Shown in pieces: positions 49,791 to 61,944 of a DNA stretch of 64,000 nucleotides. The position numbers and the translations under genes were made by a program. How positions within the stretch are numbered: position 1 is the stretch's first letter; every line of letters begins with the position of its first letter. Origin of the DNA: Neoechinorhynchus agilis (Eukaryota; Animalia; Acanthocephala); NCBI GenBank assembly GCA_051530055.1, contig CM121342.1, positions 9,873,480 to 9,937,479 of the forward strand, given 5' to 3'. The notes beneath the pieces were generated by a model. The model did not search any database. It worked only from the letters and a program-made list of their open reading frames with translations, and was not told where the DNA came from.

Positions 49791-50052
49791 CCAGACCAGT
49801 TGCGTGGGTGTTTACTGCTCATAATAGATGGAAACAAAATCCTGTCAAATATTTTTTGTTTCAAACTACAGTCCACGTTTTAAATAATTTTAGTTGCTTT
49901 GAATTCGGACGAATCGATTACATTTATCGTGTAGCAAATATCGCTATCCAGTGCACAAGCGGAAACGTTTCTTTAAAAATATCTTAGCTGTACCGATTTT
50001 AATCTCAACCTAATGCCTTTGTATTCTTTAGATCAATTCTCGAACACTCACA

Positions 50053-51781
50053 CTATTCTTCATTTGCTATTTCTTGAGGTTCCGATACCTGCTCTTCTGT
50101 TGGCTTCCTCCAGATTCTACTAAACGTTGCTCTTGCACTTTGTCGTAGCCCCTTCATGTCAGAAAGCTCTGCCATCGTATGGTATTTTGTCTCAGGTAAA
50201 AATATTATCAGTATGGCAAGAAAAAGTGCAAATCCTCCAATCGAGAGCATAGTAACGAGTCGTTGAGAAGTAAGTTGCTCATTCAAGAAAGGACTTAATG
50301 CTGTTATGACTCGACTGAAAAAGATAGAAACTCCCATTCCGAATTGTCTGTATCTCGTTGGAAATAGTTCTGGTACGAATATCCAAACAAAATCAGCATT
50401 AGCCGCAGCCGAGAACTTTGCAATGTGATTGAAGACGTTCAATGCTGCATTATCGCTTGAAGGAAGGACAGCAAATATTATAGATATGAGTACAAGTAGA
50501 AGATGACTGAATATACTTAGAGTTTTTCGTCCGAAGAATCTCGTTGCGACGCCACATAAGACAAATTGTGGAGCTTCAATAATAGCTGTGATAAAGAAAT
50601 GGAGGTAAATGTTGGATGAGAATGCGGACGCTGATAGGGTAAATCCGAAATAACCAAAAGAAGCCAATGACATTATGAGACATCCGCAAAACAACGTGTA
50701 TGGAAACAAAATTGACGAAAACATTGCTCTTAGGTTTTTCTTTAGCCGATTTAGTAACGTGACACGGGTTTGTGCCGATGGATCATCAACGATCAGTCCG
50801 ATATTGTCGTCAAGTGTACAAAATATTTGGTCCTGTGATTTCGTAGAGTTAGTTTTGTATGCTTCGGCCAATATTTTATTTACATCGGCTTGTCGTTTAT
50901 GAACAGCTAGCCAAAATAAACTTTCTCTCATAATCCAATAATAGAGTACGGTGATTGCGACTGGAACATAAACTGTCAAATAAAGATTCCGCCATCCTCT
51001 AACAAAATAAGCGACTAAATCCAAGATCATCATTCCTATACCCCAAATGAAATTAGCCATTGTACACGGGATGCCTCGGTATTCGGCTGCAAAGATTTCA
51101 ACACTGAGAATATAAGAAGCGAGACCACACATCTCCCAGCATATTCCAGATAAAAATCGAAATGCTATAAATAAATATTAAGATGATTCCGATCAATAAG
51201 AAAGATATAATGATTTTAGCTGATCGGATGCATCCTATTTAGATGGTATTTGAGAGCGCACAACCGATTCCGCATATGATATTGAGCCAATATCCGAGAA
51301 GAGCGATTGGTTTCTTACCAAAGTTGTCGCCAAACGTTGACAAAACGGCTGCCCCGATCGCTGCTCCAATGAAGAAGGCTGACTGTGGAATATCCTTCAA
51401 GTATTCCCGATCGCAGTATAGATCAAAGGTAAACACCAGTGATCTGTCCTTGGGAAGTGGGTGCATGTAGCCGTTAGGACAGGGTATTGTTTTGTTTGAT
51501 AGCGAAGTATAATTCTCAAAGACTTTACATTTTTCGAATTTTCCATCTACACCAACTGGAATCGCGTCGCTCATTGAAACATTATCCGGGATCCAACATG
51601 TATAATCAGCATTATTCGTGAAATAATCAATGAGCGAAGTCATCGAGGTTACTATACTGTAGGATGAATTGATCAAGAACATCCAAGTCTGCCATAAACT
51701 TGTTCTAGTGAAATATAAATTAACTGTCGACATCTTCCGCAAGATACCTTCAATCTCCACATTTGGAATCGAGTTTGACAT
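50053..51781 (-). CDS. SLC22-family transporter, copy B; 2 exons
   Basis: Same as copy A except three visible amino-acid changes (GLSS>GLAS, SLFS>SIFS, LPTS>LPSS); intron about 51177-51240. Confidence 0.93.
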
Positions 51782-53269
51782 TTTCGTTGGAGCTTATTTT
51801 CTCGAGCACACTTTTTACTCTTTTTTTCTAGAGATGAATCATGAAACACCTTAACAACTCAGAACGATGAGATTTAAACGTTCTTTTTAAAACAATGGCA
51901 GTAAGTAATAGAAACTAAAAAGGTTGCAATCATGTATTGACTTTACGCAGCAAGAATAGGCGGTAAGGTGATTCATAAAAAGAACACTTTGGATTTTCAT
52001 TAATAATAGATCGTAGCAAAACTCGTTTCATTAGTTATCTGCGCATAAATAAAGCAGCGCTTTTAAAATTTTAGATTCATAAAAAGCTATCTTCTCAAAG
52101 ATCTCGCGTTCTTGGGAAATTCACCAGTCGAGTTCGCAATTTCAAAAAAGGGTAGAAACTCAACAATGCTGGAAAATAATTTTGAATGATAAAGTAGTAA
52201 AATTCCCGTTGTTATAGAAGTTCAAGGATTGAATCGTGTAAGTATTTAGCTTCAAAATATTGTTGTAGATGAGATTACGTAAACTCTCGAGCTTGAAGAT
52301 AACAATCGCTCTGTTAATATGTTTGTTAAAATTAATCACTTGGAAAATAAGGATCGCTAAAAAATTGCGTTCAATCCGTTAGCTAACAATCAAACGCGAT
52401 CGTTACTGTAATATTATCAGATGAAGAACCGCATACTGTCTTCTAGAATTCGAAGAGATCTCAACTATGTAAACTCGAAGCTTTAGGAACATTTAAATAG
52501 AATTTTGAGGCAATTTTTAAACTTAAAAAATATTATTAAGAATAATGAACTAAGCATAAAACGAAAAAAGTGCACCATACGAGTTTTCAAAATATATTCA
52601 ATAACAAACATTTAATAGGTAGAAAACAACAAAATTCTTTGCCTCTTAATTCGACAAATTCGATTTGGAAAAGCTAAATTTTAATACGCATTCGAAATTG
52701 AGGAAACACGTTACAAAAGCTTTAACGATAGAAAGAGAAGTCTTATTGGGCTTAAGTTAATTAACTTTTTTTTAGGCAGTATTGTTTTCTATTTGGTTAC
52801 TTTTCTTTACATTCACCACCTCCCACCAAATTCCAGCTTTTGTCCTTCCTCGACCGTCGCCATCACGCTGGCAGCATTGCTCTCGCAACTCTAAGGAAAG
52901 AACGGGTGTAAGGCAGAAAATGCTACAGTTTTGTTTTAGAGTGATGGTGATCAATTCAATGGAGGGGTTTTCGGTGGTACAAATAAAAATTTATTGTTTA
53001 CGTTTTGCATTTTGCACTCGCACATACGAAACTAGCTGTCAGCCTTTTAATATTATTTCATTTTCTTCATTGACAAAACCTTTTATTGTACATTGATGAC
53101 AATTGTTCATTATCCCATAAATGTTCAGCGACAAATCATCCGAACAAAGATTGTGTTATAAATTTATAAATTCTCACATTTTTTTTAAAGTAGTAACGTA
53201 AAAGATTTCAATATTTTAATTTTTGAATCTCTATCAATCAAGAAATAGTCAATCGCAAATGTACGAAAT

Positions 53270-56200
53270 CAATCACTCGTAGAATTTTCGCTTTCATCGA
53301 CTGTAATTTGCTTTGATTCCGACATTCCGTCCGTGCTTTCGCTCTGATTATCCTCTATTTCCGCTTTGTCTTCTTTGATTTCTTCACCTTATTAAAAACT
53401 CTTGGTTAAAGTTAGAAATTTACTAAGATCGGCAAACCATCGTGCTGATAATTTGACTTGTTTTTGACAGCATTTAAATCATTGTTAACTTCTTCAATAT
53501 TACCTTTTTCTATAATTGAGGAAATTGAATTTTTATTGTGACCTTAACACCAATCCTTGTAATTTTTTTACATAACTATATAGCAAACCTTCGCTTGTCT
53601 CCGTTGATTTGCTGTGTGGAATGTCAAAATTGGCTTTACCGATAACATTCTCGATTAAAGCATCCTTGGGATGTCCATGATCTTTATTATAATAAACTGG
53701 TTAAAAAAAATATTCCTGGAAACTAGCTGACCTTTTATAGTGCGAATTGAACGTTTCCCTTTTTCTTAAATAGTTTTTCAAATTTTTTGTTTTAATTTAA
53801 TTACGCACCTTTTTTGTTTGAAGTTAATTCATTGTCTGTATTTCTGTCTTTCTTCAGATTTTCTTTACTATTAGAACCTTTTATAAAATCACATATTGAA
53901 GTAAAAGTGAGGTTCAAGTATGAAGGAAAAATTCAAGCAGCCTTCGAGTTCGTGTTTAAGTACAATTTGTTCCTTGGTTTCCTGATGTGTTTGTTCACAG
54001 CGAAAATTGTACATGTTTTAAACGATATATTACTTAAATAGTTAAATTTAACAGCTTCACAAGATGCTACGTTTTAATTTTCATCAATACAAAAAAATCG
54101 TTCGATGTCACACATTTTAAAAGATTAATACCCTTGACGTTCTTATTAAATGACAAATCCTTAGGTGCTTCCAAATGCTGTATGTTATTTAGGGAGTTCG
54201 TGTCCCAAAATATTTAGGCAATTGATGAAGATTATTAAAAGGAAAAAATGGAACAATTTTGTGAATGTAAAGTGCGTACAATACTCGCAGTATTGATGCT
54301 ACCTCTATCCTTGTCGAATAACAAGTTGTTTGGCACTTCTGCTTCCGGTTCCGATTTAATAAGTATTGGATCATCAATGCTTGCGTTTTCATAGCCGCTA
54401 TTGAACTTCGCATCCGATATTTTTATACTCTTTTTGATTAAATCAATATCTAGTTTATTTTGTTGCGCTTAAACATTAAGATTTTGTAATTTTTAAAGCA
54501 TTGCAAACCTTCATTCATTTCCTTTGATTTTGCTGTTTTATCGCTAGTAATCTTTTTAGAAGGCTCACCAGCACCAACCTCCCCTCTCTTTAATTGCTTC
54601 TTCAAAGTTGTGCTCGCTTCTTTTTCTTTAAAAGCGAAGATTCATTAAACTTTAGCGTTGGGCGCAAAGGCTCATTCCTACGTTTATTAAGGGATTTTGC
54701 TAACTCATATTCTTTACCCGAACTAGCAACGGTCCTCCTCTTATCTTTTAAACGTATGCCATCAACATGACTAAAAGGATCTTCTAAAAACCTTAAATAA
54801 AACAAATGGAATCAAAAATCACATACCGTTTACATCGTCAATAGAAAAAATGCTCGGTCTTTGGAAGTTCGGTTCTATATTTTTACAAAGATTGATTCTT
54901 ATTTTTTTGTTAAGACTTTTCGAATATAGCCATCGATTTACCGGAAAACTAAGATTTGCCTCTTTAGCTTAATTATGTAAAACGTTTTCTTACGTTATAA
55001 TGCAATTTTCATCAACTTTCTGCAGTTCTATTTTCTCACAAAACCATCTTGAGTCACCGGTGATGTCCAGGCATAATCGATCAATCTTTTGTATGTTGTC
55101 TTAGAGCACCATTGACCAAACTAGCTCACCTGCCCGAGCATCGGCTCAACGAATTTCAAGGCAAAAACATCTCTTTGACCAGGTCCAAAAGGCGTTTTAT
55201 TAGTTAAAGAATTACTTAATCGAAAATTTCTCGAGCAGTCGTGTTTTCCTTGAAGCACGACACAAACAACGGTACCAGCTCCAGAAAAATCAGAATTATC
55301 TCTTGTGCCACTTTGCACAGTGAGCATGTAGCATCTATCCTCAAAAACTGCTCCTGTTGAATAAATATCCGCTTTTACTTTTTCCACTTTAATTACTCAA
55401 CCAATAATTTTTTTTAAATTCGCTCAACTAAACCTACGCATTTCAATATGTGAATATTCAAATGATGCCGATTTTATTAGTTTTCCTTTATATTTCTGAA
55501 TTTCATTATCTCCAGTTATTAATTTTTCAAATTTAAATCTACGAACAAAAGTTTGAATGAAAGGCTCAACGAATACCGTTCTCAAACATAAACTCTTTTC
55601 TTGCTTTCATATCCTCAATTTTAATCCATTCGCAAAACCACGAATCAGATTGTTTGCCGTTATGCCAGATTTCCAGAAAGGCTATATCTGGAATTTCTAT
55701 AACATCATGCAGCTGAAAAATGTCTATATTGTTTCTCATAAATGGATTTGAATTAAAATTGTTTCGTTCCAATTTGAGAGCTGGTCCGGAAACGATGTCA
55801 GATGAAAATTGAACAAATACAATTTGGTTTCCGTGGTGAAATCCAACTTTGTCTTGATCGCCTGTTTTAACGTAGATCCAATATTTCGTTTTTCCTATTT
55901 TGAAACTTAAAAGAATTAGTTGGCAAAGTCCACAGACCCTCATCAAGAGATCCGCCTGGAAAGACATGCAATAATCGTGAACCCAGAATACAATTTATCT
56001 GAAAGCTGTTTGGCAATAGTAAATGTAAAGAAGAACCTTTAAAATAGCTAACAAATAATCACGATTTTCTTTGAGGTCAACAATTTTGACATGGGAGCAA
56101 ACCCATGAGTTCAGTTCATCATTCAACACGGCCATGCCAATACCGTCGATCTAAGTTCAAATATGAAATAAAAGATCCAAAATTTCACATACTGTTTTTG

Positions 56201-58115
56201 TTGAAGGCCAATTAAAATATAACTTATCCTCACGTTTGGTATCGAACATATTATTATGTGTTGCAATGTTTTCAGTGATTGTAATATTTCCTGCATAAAT
56301 CTCTATTTTTATCGATGTAAGTTTGTCAATCCAGCCGACTTTTGTTCCAATAAGGACTGCGTGAGTATATCCTTTAAAACATTACAATGTAAAACTCAAA
56401 CTATTCTGTTTGCTAACCTTTTATATTTCCTTTTGAAACTTTTTTTGTTACTAAATAAAAATATAAGATTAAAGTCTTTACTGATCGGTGTAACAACATA
56501 TGCGTTAAACTATGCATAAGTAATAAAAAAATCGGTCAAATCAAAATTTAAATGCGATTTTAATATTGGTTTTCATATTGCTTTGGAAACCAATTCAATA
56601 TGCTTAACAAAATTCAATAAATAGTTAATTAACATACGTTTGTAAGGAAGGTGCTTTAAAATTCCATCCATTTGGGTGATGTATACTGTAATCGAAGAAT
56701 CTTTGGATTCTGCAGCGATTTTATTAAAGACCGGAAATCTTTAAATAATGAGGATGAAAAGTGCACATAGTAGCAAATGAACATACGATAAAGATCTCTT
56801 CTCTTGGTTGTCCATCCAATCCAACTTTATAAATTCAATATCCCATTCCTTGACACATCCATCCACATGGACAATTTCTACCGCACAAACACTGTTTAGT
56901 TTTTTTCCGTTGAACAAATAATTTTCACGCTTGTAGGCTTGAGCACTTTGTATAAAGTCGTCTTTTTCGTTAAGGTCAAAATATTCGGTCGCTTCGTTTC
57001 TGCAACCAATAAGCCGCAATACAATTGGGGAAGATTTAAGATCCCGAAACAATGATAATCCCCTTGATCCAGTTTTTATCATAACCCGGTAATCAACCCC
57101 TATCAATTTCAGTCAAACACAAATGCTTTAAAATTAGTTAAAAACATACTATCCGCTTGACCACCGATTAACTTTTCAATCAACGACTCTTGGACACTAC
57201 AGATTGTTTTTATGAGTATTTTCTTCACAGATTTACTAACCATTCTTTATCTTCCTTACATTTTTGGTTAATATCATCGATAAAACTTCGCATATTTGTT
57301 AAGATGAGATTTAGACAAACGATAACATTATCGTAACATTGTAAAAATATTGCTGTTTCTCCGATCGTCGTTATATTCTTCGCTCTATTGAAAATATAAT
57401 TTAACCTTAGCTCCAACTCACAAAGAATTGCCCGAAAGTCCATAATCTTGTTCAGTTTAATCAGCGACTCACTGTATGAAAATACTTCCTCTAATTTTTG
57501 CTCGAAACATTGTTGAATGTTTTTTGTTCCAACTTCGATTCGTACCTCATTTCTCGGACCCTTATGCCGCAGTGCGTTCAATTGACGGACTGATTGCGCA
57601 ACGTTAACATGAACCACTGACAATTTTTTTCTAAAATCCTCTAATCTACGTCCAAGAGCGGAGTCAAGTCCAATAACTTCTTTGTCTTTAGCAAACTTCA
57701 ACGGATCATTCCGTGATTCAATTTTGTCATTAACATCAGAAAACTTTGGACTATTCTTGTGGGCGGTACTTGTTTGCACACTTTGTTTAATATTTGACAT
57801 CACTTTAAATTCCTGCTCAATCTCCTTCAGTTCCGCCCTCTCGTCTTCTACAACTTTTGCTTTGATCTCGTAATGTGCACGAATTCTATCTATTTCAAAA
57901 AGATGATAATATCTTTTAACTTCTGACGATTTTAGACATTGAAGACCAAGGTCGCATAATTCTATAGATGTGGTAAATAGTTTTATGATTGATGAGTTTA
58001 ATAGATCTGTCATGCTAAAAGTAAAATGGAAAACAGTATAGAAGTTCATCTTAAGTTTACGAATAAGATTTCCATAGTTACGGTAAACTGTCTTTTTCGC
58101 TATAAATGACAGCAA
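53270..58115 (-). CDS. Multi-exon protein with an N-terminal helical/coiled-coil region and three PLAT/LH2 domains; 3' exons uncertain
   Basis: PLAT signatures DYRV.IKTG, KYWIYVKTGD...DIF.L...I..LEIWHN....SWFCEWIKIED, YMLTVQSG...V.VVLQG...F.PGQRDVF.L. Phase-consistent GT-AG introns. Whether the exons below 55 kb belong to the same gene is inferred. Confidence 0.65.
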
Positions 58116-58286
58116 TGGAGTGATGATTGAAGTTCACGAACACTCTTTTTGATCAGCAGTTCATCTTCAGTCTTTTAAAACAACAACCAACCATGTGAAT
58201 GTCACAAGTAAAAACACAATACTTAACGATAAAAAATTAATTCTAATGCTAAAACTCACACCGCTCATTATTTTTCAAAGGAGGTT

Positions 58287-59413
58287 TTATTGAATAAAGT
58301 TCTTGTTAACCATATAAATCTCTCCAAAGGTAGTAACGTACATAATCAAATCGTTTCCCGTGTAAAAACGTCCAATATCAATTTTATGATACTTGACCTG
58401 AAACTCACTATATTGGCCAGGAGCTTCGAAAAACCTTGTATCCCGGTGAAATATTCTAAAACATTGGTGCAGTCGAACCAAAGCTTTGAAATATCTGTAC
58501 GTGATGGCCATACTTATCGGACGTTCATGTTGGAGATTATGTGTTTCCAAAACAAGCTGTTTAACATGTCTACACATATAATCGATCTCTACGTTCTCCA
58601 TAAAATCAATTTCGGTTCCCTCGATATCCATTTTTACTACATCGATTATCCGTCTCTCTAGCCTTGCGTATCGAAGAAATTCCTTGAAGGTCAGCATTGA
58701 GCCTGGATTCGGAACGGAGGACGTATAATGAGCTGTTCCGTAGCCAAGGTTGTGAAAAAAAAATTTTGGTTTGTATTCCACTGTTAGTTGCTCTCCGGCT
58801 TCAAACTTTGCTTGTACTGAGATTGGAAATGAAAATGGATCTAGTGAATGCACCTCGCATCCATAAACACGATTCATTTCTTCATCGAATGTTGCGCATT
58901 GGCTGCACCCACTTATTCCATATGACAAAATAAGACAATTGTTCCTTAAGCTCCTTCTCTCTTCTTGCAAACTTGTGGAAGTTGCACAATAACGAATTTG
59001 AAGTATTTTAAATTAAAGATTCTAAAGCTAATATTTTTGCATAAAAGCCCTTGTAGCTCTAAGTACATTGAAAGAAGAGACTAACACTATTATGACTCAT
59101 CGAATCCTAAAATTATTAGTGTAGGAGGCAGAAGAGAGCCGGGCATTACCGGTCCTACACCTTTATCCATACAAACGAACCAGAGTAAATCGACCCTTCC
59201 ATGAGTTCTATTTTTGTAATATTCATCCGGATATTCGGCCTGGTCGATCAGCCCGACATCTCCAACTCGTATTTGATTCTTGCACTCGTACCCATTGATC
59301 AAATCAAGAAGATTATCTTCGACTTTGACTTTTGTGGTTGTCCTGTAATATAAGAAAAGACTTACTAGAATCAACGCTGTCCAAACAACGATTAGTGTTC
59401 TTCGAGGGGCCAT
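58287..59413 (-). CDS. METTL24-like (FkbM/Methyltransf_22-type) methyltransferase with N-terminal membrane anchor; 2 exons
   Basis: TM anchor; C....RVG; WFVC.D; CLILSYGI, FD.EM...YGCEVHS.DP, IDVVKMDIEG.E, VKQL..E.H. Confidence 0.78.
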
Positions 59414-60749
59414 GTTAAGTTCTTGTCAACTCGTGAGTAGTGAGGGAACTATGAGTTGCACAAGGAGCTTCGTTTACCGCAAAGTTATTCATTAAAATCT
59501 ACAACAAAAAAATTTCTACGCTCAAGTCAAAAAAAGTGAAGCCGTTAAATTTGTAGAACAGCAAAATAATTATAGGTTTGGCAAAGATTACCGTTCGGGC
59601 GTCCAACATTTATGCAAAGCCCATATAGCAAGCCGACTTTTTAAACTGATCAGTGAAAGTTTAAAAAGAGTGATATTCTTGAATAAATAGCGCTGAGTTC
59701 ATTTCCCAGCTTAAAATTTAAAATTACGCGTCGAACAAGTCAATGATTCATAGTTTCGGTCGCAATAATTTAGGCAGCCCGTTTTTATCCATTAAAAACA
59801 AAAAGTTTTAAAATGCGGTAGCTCTTTTCAATAAGACATCCGATTTAACATTTTTGAGAGCTTGTGACCATTGATGTATTTCCTAAGCGTTTGCACTTTT
59901 TATCAATGATATCTTTCGTAACTAACGATAGTCGGACGCATATGCAAATTGTGACCTTTGAACGTAAAAACACGGGTTAAACTCTTTAGATTTGAGTGCT
60001 CGTCTAATTTGCGCTACAGGTTTGAAAACGGATAATACGACTTTTTGATCAAAGATGATGCTCTCAATTTTTTATTAATTTTCAAAGATTAGAGATCGCT
60101 GAAAAAATTAGCTTTCACTAAGTCACCAACAAATTTAAAAGTTTGCTGACATTTATTATGATATTTTATAGCGGAACTTAATTCTCAACATTCAAATAGG
60201 ACCGCAGATGAATGTACAATTTAGAAATAATATAATCGGAATCTTGTAATAAAGAAAAGGATTATTTAAAATTCTAAACAGGTCTCATATTGCATGTTTG
60301 ATTTTTGCCATTTCCGAATGACGATACATTTCTTTTGATTTTTATACATCCTTAAACTCCTCAAGTCTTTATTAAAGGATGATTGTGGTGTTATCACTAA
60401 GGCACTAAAACAATCTTCTCTTCTCTTCAATTACTTATTGTCGATATGAATAAATTTTGTCTTCTTTACGTTAAGTCCTAGTTCGGTGCTTCTGAAAAAG
60501 ATCCATGGAAAATGAGCAGAATTGGAACTAAATTGTCAAGCAATTAAATGAGCACTAAATTTCTTTTTAATAAAAAGAGAACTAATCGGTCGTTTTCAAT
60601 CATCTTTTTTTCAAATTAGCATTGATGAATAGTGATCAAAGTTTTTATGCAATCGATTAGTACTCGATTAATAATCAAATGGGTTAAAGATAAAATCCAT
60701 GAGTATGTGGGCAAAATTATGTATCCAAGAATCACTTTAATTGAAATAT

Positions 60750-61330
60750 TTCGTCCAATCACGCTGGACATCTTCAGTCAATTATCTTAAAGGGAATTTG
60801 GAAACATCATTGTGTTATCAGGAGGTATCCTCAACTTTGAGGAATAATCTGTCTTGTTTCCTTCGAAAGTATTGGCTCCCTGAACGTACATGGCCTCGAT
60901 AATAACACGCTCAACCTTGTGGTCATTGCGTTCCAACAAATATGCGTCGTTAATATCGAAGAGTGGGAAACCACAGCGGAGTTCGTGTCCTGTTTCTTCA
61001 GTGAATAGCGATGTTCCTCCCTCCTCCCAAAGTTATTTGTCTGGCCAATATAGCATCGATCACAATCCGAGCAAGGTATTCTATATACCGCACCACTTGG
61101 GCCTTCACGATTGCTCGGACAGATCAGACCATGAAGATTCTTCCTTCGTTTGGAATAGACGAGCGTACGTTTGCTCTGGTGGCCTGCCAATAAGACCCTG
61201 AATAAACTGAATCGTCAATAAACGGCAACTCAAGAAACACACGGTTCTTATCCAATTACTACGATGTTGATTAACATCAAATGGAATCATAATATTCGCT
61301 TAGGATTAACTGGAATCGTATTGAACTATT
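60750..61330 (-). mobile_element. Penelope-like element, GIY-YIG endonuclease fragment
   Basis: GAVYRIPCSDCDRCYIGQT...R.EEH......NSAVVSH; stops and frameshifts upstream. Confidence 0.82.
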
Positions 61331-61575
61331 GCGCGGATCCATCGCAAACCACAGTTGAGCAATGTTCCAATAAATTTGTTGATTGATCTTAGTGAAGGGC
61401 AATTTCTTTTAGGAAAATATTACGATGTTCATAATTTAATTTTCGCATTTTTGACATTTTTGATTTACAAAAAAGATTTTACACTTTTCTTCACTCTCGC
61501 CACGTCCTCTCCCTCGTCAACGTCATCTATTTCGTGAACGTCCTCTAATCAATGATCAGTGAACGATAATCGGCC

Positions 61576-61944
61576 ATGTATTTCCCTCTTCTTGATGTTC
61601 CACTAAAGAAGTGCTTTGAACGAGTTACTGAAACTCTAAAGGACTCATTAATTGAAGTGATGAACCCACTTAAAGATGTATTAACGGAGGCTATTCAGTA
61701 CGAAATGGAAGTCAAAAAATGCAAAGGGAAGAAAGCTAACGGTTCAAAAAGGCAGGCAAAAGTTTCAAAGGTGAATTCTAAGAAACATACTAAAGGTATA
61801 GCAAAGGAGAATAAGGTTTTGGTAGATGCCATCAGTATGCCAAACTCGAATGAAGATTTGTTGGAAACGAATGGTGTTCTAAAGACTGAGAATATTTCGA
61901 CATCTACTTGGGATACTCAATCGTTCTATATCGACATCCTGTAA
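61576..61944 (+). CDS. 122-aa ORF directly upstream of a LINE; host exon or element ORF1 remnant
   Basis: ATG-initiated ORF with helical and K-rich segments; no family recognised. Confidence 0.3.
   Translation: MYFPLLDVPLKKCFERVTETLKDSLIEVMNPLKDVLTEAIQYEMEVKKCKGKKANGSKRQAKVSKVNSKKHTKGIAKENKVLVDAISMPNSNEDLLETNGVLKTENISTSTWDTQSFYIDIL

Larger units (their letters stand above)
49262..53042. repeat. Segmental duplication, copy B
   Basis: Collinear with 14703-18392. Confidence 0.97.

Noticed and set aside
54540-54680. Apparent frameshift after LLKKKKRAQL
   Set aside because: No homology to fix the frame; could be a tiny intron, a true stop or an A-run error.
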